Below, in pieces: positions 1-12,474 of a DNA stretch of 64,000 nucleotides. The DNA lies in the NCBI RefSeq assembly GCF_006345805.1, contig NC_043015.1:32550001-32614000 (forward strand). The letters run 5' to 3'. The notes beneath the pieces were generated by a model, which worked only from the letters and a program-made list of their open reading frames with translations, ran no database searches and had not been told where the DNA came from. This DNA comes from Octopus sinensis. Its lineage: Eukaryota. The position numbers and the translations under genes are program-made. Positions within the stretch are counted from its first letter, which is position 1. Each line of letters opens with the position of its first letter.

Positions 1-267
1 ACAGTTTAAACTCGTTGCCGGGATACAAACAACAGTAACTTAGCAATAGACATCAATAACATAGAAGCTCGCCTCAGTAATGCAGCCATTCACAACAGTA
101 ACAACATTAATAACACAGCAATTAAGCATTAAATATTGACGACATGTGACATGTTTGTGTCAATATCAAAGCAATACGTATCGGTAATACAGCCACAAGA
201 TAGCGATAGGTGGAAAACAGTGATAGAGATCGGTGCTTAACATACAGCACTATCGCGGTAAGTAACA

Positions 268-1517
268 TATTAGGTCGTCAAGTATGAAATTAGTAGTAAG
301 GTGTATGGTAAACTTTGACATCTGTTCATTTTGCGCCATTATTATATTTTGACAATCTTTATTTTTTGTTAGAAAGCTGACACATCTATTTCTTTATTCT
401 AACTCATTTAGTGCTTTATAAAGTATTTATAAATCGTTTCATTTTTTGCTATTTTTGTTTAGAGATGGCTAATTCGGAAATTCGTACAATTTTGAAATAT
501 GAGTTCTTGGAAATACAGCATCACTATTAAACAGCAAACAGTATCAAATTGGTTTGCAAAATTTCGTTCTGGTAACTTTGACCTCACAAATGAGCAACGC
601 GGTTGACCAGAAACAAAGGTGGATAATGACAAAATGAAAGCCACCGTCGAGTTAGATCCATCTCAAAGTGCCCGTGAATTATTGTTGTTTTTTGTTATTA
701 GCAAGCAAACAATATTGACTCACTTTGTTCAAATTAGTAAAGTGAAATTGTTGGTTAAGAGGGTTGCACATGAAGTCAATGAAAATTAGAAACAGCAACG
801 TTTGGAAGCCTGCATTATGCTACTTTCTCGTCACAAAAATGAATCATTTTTAAATCGAATGTGATGAGAAATGGATCCAATACAACAACTTTAAATGTTC
901 AGCACAATGGTTAGACAAAGACAAGACACCAAAACACGGTCCAAAAAGCAAAATTCATCAAAAGAAGCTGATGGTATGTGTTTGGTGGTCTGTCACAGGT
1001 GTGATCCATTATGATTTCCTTAAACCTGGCTCATCAATCATGGCCGAAGTATACTGCTGGCAACTGGACCAAACGGTGCAGAAACTTACAAAAACAGCCT
1101 AGATTAGTCAACAGATTCACTCCTATTTTATTGCAAGACAACTCCAGACCCAGAGCACACTTCGCAAAAATGACATTGGCGAAACTACAAAAGTTGGGGT
1201 TGGAAGTTCTCCATCATCCACCATACTCACCTAATCTTGTCCCCACTGACTACAACTTCTTCCCGAATTTGGATAACTTTTTGATAGGAAAAGAATTTAA
1301 TTCCGACGATGCTGTAAAACAGGCCTTCCAAGATTTTATTGACTGTAGATTGCCAGGCTTTTACAGTTCCGGGCTGGACAAGCTACCGCTAAAATGGCAA
1401 AAGTGTATTGACAATATGGGTGCATACTTTGATGAATAAAACCATTCCTTGTATTTAGAAAACATTAGCAAACTTTTGTTTTTCTTTTCTACAAATTTCA
1501 TACGTAACGGCCAAATA
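268..1517 (+). mobile_element. Full-length but decayed mariner (DD34D) DNA transposon
   Basis: TA-flanked imperfect inverted termini: TATTAGGTCGTCAAGTATGAAATT (268-291) vs revcomp of 1494-1517 TATTTGGCCGTTACGTATGAAATT (20/24). ~1.25 kb, typical mariner size. Confidence 0.95.
465..1439 (+). pseudogene. Mariner transposase pseudogene (frameshifts and stops)
   Basis: ATG at 465 (MANSEIRTILKYEF); WFAKFRSGNFDL helix-turn-helix region; CDEKWIQYNN, LLQDNSRP and HPPYSPNLVPTDY catalytic motifs lie in different frames; ends GAYFDE* at 1439. Confidence 0.93.
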
Positions 1518-1819
1518 GAGGTGACAAAGCAATACAGAGCGGTACACATCAGTAAGATTTTAATTCAAAACAACAACATAGTAAAACATACTGGTACTCC
1601 TGTGGCATACAGTAGTGATACAGTCGTACCGCAGCACTACCGCAGCAGCACGCAACAGTATCACAACATTCACACAATGGTGACGGTGATAGTCTCTCGT
1701 AGTTCTAGAAAGACAGTTCTGAAATGTCTTTGCTGGAAAACCTGCGCAGATTATTTGGTTGTAGAGATCGAATATTTGTGATGTATATTGGCTCGCTCCC
1801 TCTCTCCATCAAATCGCCG

Positions 1820-1975
1820 TTGCCAGAACAGAAGTTTACCACACGCCAGGGGTCGAAGTGATTGCCGAGTAGCGTGTGACTAAAAGTGTTTTAGTAAAGA
1901 ACACAATGTAGCACCCGGTCCAGGATCGCGAGATCTTAAGTGCAACACGCTTAACCACTAGGCCATGCGCCCTCA
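1820..1975 (-). mobile_element. tRNA-derived SINE family B, degraded 5' part
   Basis: Revcomp contains a tRNA-like head (GGCCTAGTGGTTAAG) and resembles the copies at 43003-43322 and 47390-47675. Confidence 0.6.
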
Positions 1976-1997
1976 TATTAACACAATGGTAATACAG

Positions 1998-2470
1998 GGT
2001 GGCGAGCTGGCAGAAACGTTAGCACGCCGGGCGAAATGCTCAGTGGTATTTCGTCTGCCGTTACGTTCTGAGTTCAGATTCCGCCGAGGTCGACTTTGCC
2101 TTTCATCCTTTCGGGGTCGATTAAATAAGTAACTATTTCTTTATTACCCACAAGGGGCTAAACATAGAGGGGACAAACAAGGTCAGACATAGGTATTAAG
2201 TCGATTACATCGACCCCAGTGCGGAACTGGTACTTAATTTATCGACCCCGAAAGGATGAAAGGCAAAGTCGACCTCAGCGGAATTTGAACTCACAACGTT
2301 GCGCCAGACGAAATACCGCCAAGCATTTCGCCCGGCACGCTAACGTTTCTGCCAGCTCGATTAAATAAGTACCAGTTACGCACTGGGGTCGATATAATCA
2401 ACTTAATCCGATGTCTGTTCTTGTTTGTCCCCTCTGTGTTTAGCCCCTTGTGGGTAGTAAAGAAATAGGT
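1998..2470 (+). mobile_element. tRNA-derived SINE family A (host) with a second family A copy nested antisense at 2132-2356
   Basis: Head GGCGAGCTGGCAGAAACGTTAGC...GAGTTCAGATTCC (A/B boxes), central GCCTTTCATCCTTTCGGGGTCGA, tail ...AAAGAAATAGGT. Host TSD GGTAATAC (1988-1995/2468-2475); inner TSD TCGATTAAATAAGTA (2117-2131/2357-2371). Confidence 0.92.
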
Positions 2471-3342
2471 AATACGGTGATGCACAACAATACGCAACAA
2501 TACAATACAGCAACACCGTGTTGTTGATGCAATAAAGAGGTTGGATCAACTCTATCGAGTTACACCAAAACAAACAAACAAAATCGCTGCTATAATATTT
2601 CAGATGGAATCTTCAAGAGCAACAACAACAACTCTCTCGACATAACTTCATCATGTTTGTTACCTTAATGACCACTAGAAAGACAAATAATTAAAACAAC
2701 CACCGCACATCTTTATTACAATCTTCTACCCCACCCGGCTCTCTCTCTCTCTCCCTCCCTGCCTCTCCTTCTCTCTGACGTCACATGTTTAGTATCTGAC
2801 AGAAGTTCATTACGCTGAGGCTGATAATGAGAAGTGGATGATAATATTTATTTTATTTAGAGATGAAGTCAGAGATGTTTTGATAATGTTGCTGTTGCTG
2901 TTGTTGTTGTTGTTGTTGTTATTGATGATGATAACAATGATGATGATGATGATGAAGATGACGACGTGGTCGATGATGTTAACGATGATATAATTACGAT
3001 AACGATGAAGATAGAGCTCATTATAAATATGCTCGTGATAGTGGTGGCGGCGGAAGTGGTAATACGATGATGGCGATGATAATCATAACGTCGATGATGA
3101 TAATGGTGGTGCTGATGATGATGGTATTCATGATGATGACGATGATAAGAATAATGACTATAAGAATAATGATGATGAAAACTAACAATAACATGATGAT
3201 GATGACGACGACGACAACGATGGTGATGATGACAATGATGCAAAAACAGAAAATCGTTGGAAACAGTTGCTTGTCTTTCACTATAATGAACGACAATTGC
3301 TATGGAATGAAAAATTACTTTAACCTCTCAGACATCACACTC

Positions 3343-3381
<39 letters not shown>

Positions 3382-3416
3382 ACACACACACACATAAACA
3401 CACGCGCACACATAAT

Positions 3417-3481
<65 letters not shown>

Positions 3482-3790
3482 CATAACAGAGAAGAGAGAT
3501 CGATGTTAATGGCCACTATAGTAAATTACTGCAGCTTATTTTGTAGCATATTATGAAAAGGCTATGGCGCTCAGCAGTATTCGAACTCACAATCTCAGTT
3601 GTTTGAAGTTAACCTTTATACTGTGGTACATATGCAAGATCCTATCGTGTTTCATCTGTACAGTCTGAACTAATTTTATTCAACCATGTTAAATTTGAAA
3701 GGTCTTGTGTAAAACAGTTCTGAGTTCAAGATCAAGGGACATCCCATGATACTAAAAAGAAAATGGCTCCATGTGAGACCATCAAAGATC

Positions 3791-4012
3791 TACAAGGGAG
3801 CCCTGAAAAGTTCTTGCTTTTAAGGGTATCGCGAAAGGCCTGGCTGGAGGCCCAACTTCCCGATTTATTTTTACAGGGCTTAGAAAGACTGAAGGACAAT
3901 TGCAATATGTATGCGAATCTGAGAGGGGAATATGTTGAATAAAACCATAGTTAGCTATTCCTCCTTTATATTCTTTTATCCATAGTTAAGGCCTTTCCAG
4001 CACACGTTCGTA
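3791..4012 (+). mobile_element. Mariner-derived MITE (222 bp); a truncated second copy at ~4030-4140
   Basis: TA...TA ends with degenerate inverted repeats; interior retains a mariner transposase C-terminus (FLQGLERLKDNCNMYANLRGEYVE*). Confidence 0.8.
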
Positions 4013-4949
4013 TGTATATATACATACACTAAGGAGTGCTAAAAAGTTCCTTGCTTTATGGGTTTGCGAACAGCATGGATGGAGGCCAGCTTTCCGAGTT
4101 CTTTTTACAGGGCTTAGAAAAACTGAAGGGCTGCTGGTAGGTGATGGCTGGTGTTGCTGTTGGCACAGTTGTTAAATCAAACCCTGTCGTCTTATTTAAC
4201 AGTACAATATGTGGTTTAACCCTTTAACGTTCAGATTATCTGTCAAATGTAATGTTTAGTTATTCAGATCGTTCTGAATTGATTATGCATTTCCTCATAA
4301 CCTAGAGATCTTGATGGTATAACTGTTTGCTTTTAGAATGGTATTGTAGGGTAGGTGTGAAAAGCTGGATCTGGCCTGTTTTAACGTGAAACAGCTAGAA
4401 TTATTTGGTCAGATATGGGCTACTGCTATTTCTATCGCGGGAGTAACCACACAGAAGCATCAATCGCTGACTTTTGACTTCTGGAGGGAAATGTAGAGAT
4501 GAGGAAATTTAAATAAACGCGTAAATAAAACAGAAAAAAACCCAAAAGCAAGCAAATAAATAATAAACAGATAAATACAGCTTGAATGAGGATAGAAACA
4601 CGTAAACAAAAAAAAAAAAACATAAAGAAAAACATATGAAGAAAAATGAGGTAGTTCTTTTTTTTTGTTATCAATTTAATGGCGGAAATAGCGATAGGGA
4701 TATTTCGCTTCAGTATGCAGCGCAGTGGAAGGAGAGAGAGATAGAAGGGGAACATCTGAATAAGGAATACTGCTGGCAGCAAAAAACAACAACAACAACA
4801 ACAACAGCCCAACAGCAGCAGCAACAGCAGCAGCAACAGCAGCAACAACAACAACGGTAAGGACGATGACGACGACGGCGACGGTGACAACAAAAAGAAA
4901 AGCAACAACATCAACAACGACAATAACTACATCGACAGTTACTGCGTGA

Positions 4950-5140
4950 ATAACAACTTCGGTAATGATAATGGTAATAATAATAATAATAATAATAATA
5001 TATAATAATAATAATAATCATAATATAATAATAATAATAATATAATAATATAATATAATAATAATAATAAATAATAATATAATAATGATAATAATACTAA
5101 TACTAATAATAATAATAATAATATAATAATAATAATAATC

Positions 5141-5205
<65 letters not shown>

Positions 5206-5258
5206 CATAATAATAATAATAATCATAATAATAATAATAATGATAATAATACTAATAC

Positions 5259-5304
<46 letters not shown>
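4950..5304 (+). repeat. Long imperfect (TAA)n microsatellite
   Basis: Direct reading; further (TAA)n tracts at 5859-5918, 6941-7200 and 7675-7778. Confidence 0.98.
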
Positions 5305-5305
<1 letters not shown>

Positions 5306-5858
5306 CCCTGATGCAGTACCAGGCAGTGGCTCTCATGGCTTCTGATCTTAACTGATTGGAAGTGTTATCATGTACATTGTTTTGTCTTGGTATAAAAGAT
5401 GGGCTACAGCAAATATTCTGCTCAATACCACAGATTTGCTTGTCAGTTGTTTGACCTTAACCAGTTGAGCATGTCCCTTAGTGGCTGACGATATGTGCAT
5501 CTCTGATCACGAGCAGAAGTAGTGGGGGAGCATCATAGCCATGTGTTGAGAGGGATTCTTTGGGGTTTGAATAATTCACCTCTGGAAACATGGGTGGTTC
5601 TTTCAACATCCTTAAACAACCCTTATTCAGGGACCGCTTGAGCGGGATGGGCTACTCAACCTGAAGAAAATTCTAACTGGGCCCCACCTGCAAGGTCATG
5701 TGCTGTTTATCTTGATATGAGATCACCATGTCGCGCACATATGGTTGTGATGCATGTGCCTGGTGTACCTTTATCAGACGGGTAGTCATGATGGGTATAC
5801 TGAGCTTTGTATATTTTACCCCAGTGTCACTTTGATGGCATGAACTGCTCTCTCACTC
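5305..5858 (+). mobile_element. ~550-bp non-coding interspersed element embedded in (TAA)n (copy 1, full length)
   Basis: Near-identical copies at 7202-7674 (+, 5'-truncated), 57302-57536 (+, 5'-truncated) and 60434-60977 (-). All share the 3' end ...GCTCTCTCACTC (GTTC variant in copy 2) followed by TAA repeats. Confidence 0.9.
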
Positions 5859-5918
<60 letters not shown>

Positions 5919-5921
<3 letters not shown>

Positions 5922-6940
5922 TAGCAGAGGACTAATTAGTGTAGCCCATTGTATGAGGAGTGAAAGGAGAACCTTTGCCGAGTATTTGATAAATAGTGAT
6001 GAAGACCTACAGCAATATGCCGCGAAATATATGGGTGTAAATGCAGATGAAATGATGGACAAGGAAGAGTTTAACCAAAGAGCTGAGGACAAGAGAAAAG
6101 AAAATCTTCTTGGAATGAAAATGCATGGAAAGTTTGAAAGGAATACACAAGACGTTAAGGATAATACAGTATCGTGCACATGGCTTGAGCGAGGTGATTT
6201 GAAGCATACTACCAAAAGCCTGATTATTACTGCACAAGACCAGGCTCTCGATACCAATTCTGTGAAGTATGATATCTATAAAACTTCTGACACCCATAAA
6301 TGCAGACTCTGTGGAAACAGTGTGGAAAATGTGACCCACTTGGTACGTGGATGTGAGAGCCTTGCATGAAAATAATACAGACGCAACCACGATAAAATGT
6401 GTGTGTGTATCTTCATTGGCTCTTATGCCGTAAATACCAATATGAAGTAACAGAGAACTGGTATGAGCATGCGCAAGTAAAGTTATACAGGAAGATGGTA
6501 AAAAGTAACGATACTCTGGAACTATGATTTTCACGTGGATCATGTAATCGTAAACCGTCGGCCGGATATTGTCATATTGAATAAGAGGAATGAATACTGT
6601 CAGACTATTGATGTAGCAATACCAAATGACCTGAATGTTGTGAGTAAAGAGGTTGAAAAAATCCCCAAGTACTCCGAATTGAAAGTGGAAATGGCAAGAC
6701 TGGATGGAATGCGAGAGGGTAATGTAGAAGTGATACCAGTGGTGATCGGGGCGTTGGGCTCAATCCCATTGAAGCTTCGATACTTCTTAAGACAACTAGA
6801 AATCCCATGCAAGATTGATGTCTTGCAAAAAGCAGCCTTATTTGGCACAACGCACATCTTAAGGAAAGGATCATCTGTCTGAGGTCCTTGTTATGACTTG
6901 ACAGATGACTACGTTTTTACCTACACTGTGTTACGCAGGA
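5919..6940 (+). mobile_element. 5'-truncated R4/Dong-type RLE non-LTR retrotransposon (family 1)
   Basis: ORF pieces give AQDQAL, CCHC knuckle CRLCGNSVENVTHLVRGC, restriction-like endonuclease RPDIVILNKRNEYCQTIDVAIP and C-terminal LQKAALFGTTHILRK; short 3'UTR; TAA tracts on both sides; stops and frameshifts. Confidence 0.9.
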
Positions 6941-6943
6941 ATG

Positions 6944-7015
<72 letters not shown>

Positions 7016-7016
7016 G

Positions 7017-7059
<43 letters not shown>

Positions 7060-7070
7060 TAATAATAATA

Positions 7071-7102
<32 letters not shown>

Positions 7103-7124
7103 GATAATAATAATAATAATAATA

Positions 7125-7201
<77 letters not shown>

Positions 7202-7204
<3 letters not shown>

Positions 7205-7674
7205 GGTATAAAAGATGGGTTACAGCAAATATTCTGCTCAATACCACAGATTTGCTTGTCAGTTGTTTGACCTTAACCAGTTGAGCATGTCCCTTAGTGG
7301 CTGACGATATGTGCATCTCTGATCACGAGCAGAAGTAGTGGGGGAGCATCATGGCCATGTGTTGAGAGGGATTCTTTGGGGTTTGAATAATTCACCTCTG
7401 GAAACATGGGTGGTTCTTTCAACATCCTTAAACAACCCTTATTCAGGGACCTTTTGAGCGGGATGGGCTACTCAACCTGAAGAAAATTCTAACTGGGCCC
7501 CACCTGCAAGGTCATGTGCTGTTTATCTTGATATGAGATCACCATGTCGCGCACATATGGTTGTGATGCATGTGCCTGGTGTACCTTTATCAGACGGGTA
7601 GTCATGATGGGTATATTGGGCTTCGTATATTTTACCCCAGTGTCACTTTGATGGCATGCACTGTTCTCTCACTC
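7202..7674 (+). mobile_element. ~550-bp TAA-embedded element, copy 2 (5'-truncated)
   Basis: Only a handful of substitutions relative to 5386-5858. Confidence 0.92.
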
Positions 7675-7780
<106 letters not shown>

Positions 7781-8211
7781 GACAACGACTACAACAATAA
7801 CAACTACATCAACGACAGTGACATCAACAACAGCAAGTCCAAAAAGCAGTAAGTGCAACAGCAGCAATGGCGGCAGCAGCAGAGGCAGCAACAGCAGCAA
7901 CTATAACAATCCCAATGGCAATAACGACATGAACAACAACAACAACAGCAAAGTATATATTTGATAACTGTGATGTGAAAATGGTGGACGATGGGCAATT
8001 CACATTTGGTAGAATCCAGTCAGATATAATCGTAGTCATGGCAACGGTTACTAGAGAATGATGCTGCGTTCAATGAGAGGAACGCTTTTCGAGTTTTCAA
8101 TGACGTAAGCAAAACAACATTTCTAACACATTCATTGACAGTCGTTCTATGTTGCTGCTGCCGGCGATGCGCTGCTCATCTGCTGCAGATGATGATGATG
8201 GTGGTGGTGGT

Positions 8212-8242
<31 letters not shown>

Positions 8243-8734
8243 GTGACGATAATTGTTGTGACTATGATGATGATGATGACAGTGACGGAGATGGTAGTGG
8301 TTATCATATTGGTGGTTTTTAATGTTCATCGTGAAAAAGATGCCGTTAAGTAACCACGACGACAACGGGGACGACGATGATGATGATGATGATGTTTATG
8401 AGAGTGACGATGATGATGATGATGATGATGATGAGGAAGATGGTGGTGGTGGCGACAATGATCATGATGACGACGGCCATGACGCTATGATAATATGACG
8501 CTAATGATAATGTGATGATGATGATGATGATGACGACGATAATGATGGCAGCGATGAGAATGATGACGATGATGAGGAGGTCGTAGAAGAGAAGGACGAT
8601 GATGGGGATAATGATGCTGACGTTGTCGATGAAAATATTGTTTACTGAGACGACGACGACGACGACAAAGGGAGAATGACAAACACGGTCACGAAAATAG
8701 AGGCTAACACCATGGTCTTCTCTGATTATCACCA

Positions 8735-9085
8735 TCCTCCTCCTCCTCCTCTTCTTCTTCTTCTTTTTCTTCCTCCAACTCCTCCTCCTCCTCCTCCTCC
8801 TCTTCTTCTTTTTCTTCCTCCAACTCCAACTCCTCCTCTTCTTCTTCTTCTCCTTCTTCCTCCCCCTCCTCCTCTTCTTCTCTTCTCCTTCTTCCTCCCC
8901 TCCTCCTCTTCTTCTCCTTCTTCTTCTTCCTCCCCCTCCTCCTCTTCTTCTCTTCTCCTTCTTCCTCCCCCTCCTCCTCTTCTTCTCCTTCTTCTTCTTC
9001 CTCCCCTCCCTCTCCCCATCCTCCTCCTCCTCCTCCTCCTCCACTTCTTCTTCTTCTTTTTCTTCTTCTTACTCCTCCTCCTCAT
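8735..9085. repeat. (CCT/CTT)n polypyrimidine tract within decayed (GAT)/(ATC) trinucleotide repeats
   Basis: Direct reading; explains the poly-P/L/R/E ORFs at 8346-9203. Confidence 0.95.
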
Positions 9086-9259
9086 TATCATTATACAATA
9101 CATAATCGTGACCAATATCGTTATGATTGTGATGGAAGTGATGATGATGATAGCGATGATTAGGATAATTATGATAATGTTGATTCTTATAATTATCATC
9201 TAGATCCTCATCGTAAACATCAATAATACGGTATCATAGGGTACCAGTACCCTATCACT

Positions 9260-9340
9260 GTTCTTCCCCTACTATTTCTTCTAACGAAGAGCTATGTCCG
9301 AATCTTCTATCCCTTTCCGAGCGTAAAACCATTAATACCT
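9260..9340 (+). mobile_element. Degenerate copy of the PLE 3'-end repeat (hammerhead core eroded)
   Basis: CTAACGAAGAGCTATGTCCGAATC...CCTTTCCGAGCG aligns with revcomp of 32180-32250. Confidence 0.55.
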
Positions 9341-9344
9341 GCAT

Positions 9345-9545
9345 ACTCTTTTACTCTTTTACACGTTTCGGTTATTTTACTGCGGCCATGCTGGAGCAAT
9401 GCTTTTTAGGCGAAGAAATCGATACCAGGACTTATTCTTTGTAAGCCTACTTTTGCAGAACCGCTTAGTTTCAATAACATAAACAACCCGATATCGGTTG
9501 TCAAGCGATCGTGGGGAGACAAAGGCACACACATACACAGACATG
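9345..9545 (-). mobile_element. SINE family C, 3' part
   Basis: GGCCATGCTGGAGCA...GGACTTATTCTTTGTAAGCC matches revcomp of the 27806-28238 tail. Confidence 0.8.
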
Positions 9546-9584
9546 CGCACTTAAATATTTATATATATATATATATATATACGT

Positions 9585-10284
9585 AAATAAATGAAGTTGA
9601 ACGCAGATGCTATTAAAATTCTTTTACTTTCGACATATGTTTCGAAGGCAACATTGGTTTTATTCCAAAGGAATAAACGGTGTAAAATGAAATCTTCTAT
9701 TCAGGAAAGAAAGAGAACCTATCTCAACAAGACATTATAACAATTTTGAAGACTGCATAAATGATAAACAGAACACTATTAAGTATTTTTAAAAAACCGT
9801 TAGTAGACTCGACGTCAAAGACAGATACGAAGAGAAAGGGTAAAGAAATAATAAGTAGAGAACAAATAAAGAGGGATACATTGGTTGAAAAAATGTTCAA
9901 AGGCTTGGAAGTAGATTTCTCTATTGAAGTAAAGTGCAAGTTGAACTAAATATTCAAACTATAAAGACTGGTAAAATCACTTATATGAGCTAAAGGTATG
10001 TTTCTGCCAATTTGACTGTTACTAGGAAAACTGTCTGGTTTGTTATTCCGTATGGAAAACAAATTAAATCTAATCTTCCTTTGCAGTTCCATGAAGTGGT
10101 TGGTAAGAACTTTCCAGATAATTCTAGATATTATTCAATTATTAATTCTCATATAGTTATAGTTGTCTTCTCCAACACAAGGAATCTTTCACAAATTATA
10201 TCTTCTCATAATACCAGTCTGCTAAATAAAAGTTCATTTTCTGGGAGTACCAACATTAATTTTGTTAATTCCAGCCCCTCACAA

Positions 10285-10358
<74 letters not shown>

Positions 10359-10745
10359 TAAAAAAATGAACGAACTATTGAGTTTGGTTTAATGGCCTAC
10401 CAATGTATACTATGAGTTTCTTTGCCCTAGGAGTCGGGAAGACACTCGGCAAGAAATGGAAGCAAATTTGAAAGAAGAAAAAAAAAATAATAATAATAAT
10501 AGCAATAAAAACATGGTTTTGGTCTCTGAGGACAACCCCAACAGAATTAAATTTATGTCTAATAATTCTAAGATCAAGAATTCTATATACCAATGTAAAC
10601 TTTCTTGCGGTACCGATGTCTACTTCTACATTGGCGCATCCTCCCAGTTATCTAAGAGAATTTCCAATCATTATTCTTCATTTAGGGATAGCAGTAAAGA
10701 ATGGGTGAAACCGGTACAAACGTAAGTTAGGATTTATTACTGAAG
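9585..10745 (+). mobile_element. Penelope-like element fragment: linker plus GIY-YIG endonuclease, interrupted by (AAT)n and a foreign 3'UTR
   Basis: VWFVIPYGKQIKSNL...SNTRNLSQIISSHNTSLLNK resembles the PLE WFNPPY linker; SIYQCKLSCGTDVYFYIGASSQLSKRISNHYSSFRD is a GIY-YIG motif. Confidence 0.85.
9621..9716 (-). ncRNA. Atypical type I hammerhead-like fold with enlarged stem II
   Basis: Minus strand: CUUUC-CUGAAUA-GAAG-(~50 nt including an 8-bp hairpin)-CUUC-GAAAC-AUAU-GUC-GAAAG. Stem III is palindromic (ACAUAUGU); G8 is U. Confidence 0.5.
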
Positions 10746-10894
10746 CTTTTACTGAAATTTTAATCAATTTTCGTAGTACACACACACACACACACACATG
10801 CACACACACAAACATACACCCACATGCACACACATGCACACACACAAACATACAAACACACATGCACACACACAGAGATTCATACACATACACA

Positions 10895-11290
10895 TTATTT
10901 TATTCATGTATTTGTTTTAGTCATTTGACTGCAGCCATGCTGGACCACCGCCTTAAGTCGAACAAATCGACCTTAGGACTTATTCTTTGTAAGCCTAGTA
11001 CTTATTCAGTTGGACTTTTTTGCCAAACCGCTATGTTAGAGGGACAAAAACATACCAACATTAGTTGTGAAGCGATGATGGAGAGGACAAACACAGACAT
11101 ACAAACATATACACACACACACACATATATATGTACGAAGGGCTTCTTTCAGTTTCTGTGTACCAAATCCACTCACAAGGTTTTGGTCAGCCCGAGGCTA
11201 TAGTAGAAGCCACTTGCCGAAGGTGCCACGAAGTGGGACTGAACCGGGAACCATGTGGTTGGTAAGCAAGCTACTTATAACACAGCCACA
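10895..11290 (-). mobile_element. SINE family C (tRNA head, CORE-like segment, internal microsatellite)
   Basis: Revcomp matches 27806-28238 and 53450-53880. Confidence 0.88.
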
Positions 11291-11614
11291 CATATATTGA
11301 ACATTTTAGATTTCACTCGAGAATATTTATAATTTAAGAAAGAAAGAAATGCTTTGGGAAGTTTATAATGAATAAAAGATATTGATATTTACATTTCTAT
11401 CAAAATATGTTCCCGATTTTAATTGATTTAAAATTTATTTATTCTAATGTAAGCGAAGGAATAAGAAATTGAAATAAATCACTTTAATTTTTTCAGGGCT
11501 AATGTCTACAACTCCAGAGTCTTGTGAGTGGATGTGGTAGAGGACGAAACCTAAAGAAACCTGTCACATACTTACGTATACATACGTACATACATACATA
11601 CATACATACATACA

Positions 11615-11647
<33 letters not shown>

Positions 11648-11767
11648 GCATGCATACAAACTTTCCAGAAGTTTATCATTTAAATATATATGAACATGTC
11701 TAGATGTGCAACTATATGCATTAGAATACATACATAAAACATACAAATCTGTACATACACACACACA

Positions 11768-11841
<74 letters not shown>

Positions 11842-11999
11842 AGTTTTATTTTGACTATTGTATAATGGTAACATTTTAATTTACAGATAAATTTCCTCTA
11901 TTTACATAATATTGAGGTCTCTTTCTTTCTTTTGTTATTTTACCGTTTTTACCAATATATATATATATACACACACAAACACATACAGACATACATACA

Positions 12000-12255
12000 T
12001 AAACATATACATACATATATGTGTGTGTATGTACATGAGCGTGCAGGTGAGTCTTTGAGTTTGTTCCGAGTACCGCCTGACAACCGGTGTTGATTTGCTT
12101 ACGTTCCCATTACTTGGCGGTTCGGTAAAAACGACCGGTAAAATAAGTACCTGGCTTAAACTAAAAGCAAAGAAAAGAAGAACTGGGCTTCGATTTGTTC
12201 CACCAAAATCCTTCAAGGCGCTGCCTATGCCATTGCTGCTGTCCAACAACTGAAA
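12000..12255 (-). mobile_element. SINE family C, 3' half
   Basis: Revcomp TAAGTAC...GAACAAATCGAAGCCCAG resembles the family C tail. Confidence 0.65.
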
Positions 12256-12474
12256 CAAATGAAAGGTATAAAAGATAAGAGCTATTACTGGTAGATCGTC
12301 TTCTGATGATTACTGGGTCGCGCCACTCCACAAATCTTGCGTAACAGTCCTCCTTTTTTTTGTTATTTCTCCACTTGTCATTCAACTACGGCCATGCTTG
12401 AGCATGGTATTTAAGATGGGTTTCTTTTCATCGATCATAACAAACCAGGTACTTCTTTCGGCGTTGACACTTAC

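Noticed and set aside
1011-1439. 142-aa ORF as a SETMAR-like host gene
   Set aside because: It is the frameshifted 3' end of a TIR-bounded mariner; no SET domain.
5305-5560. HDV-like or hammerhead ribozyme at the 5' end of the 550-bp element
   Set aside because: CTGATG and CTGACGA occur, but I could not find a downstream GAAA/stem III or an HDV nested pseudoknot by eye. Needs a computational search.
11478-11520. Apparent TTTTTCAG...GTGAGT mini-exon
   Set aside because: The GTGAGT belongs to the CTTGTGAGTGGAT motif of a decayed SINE C.
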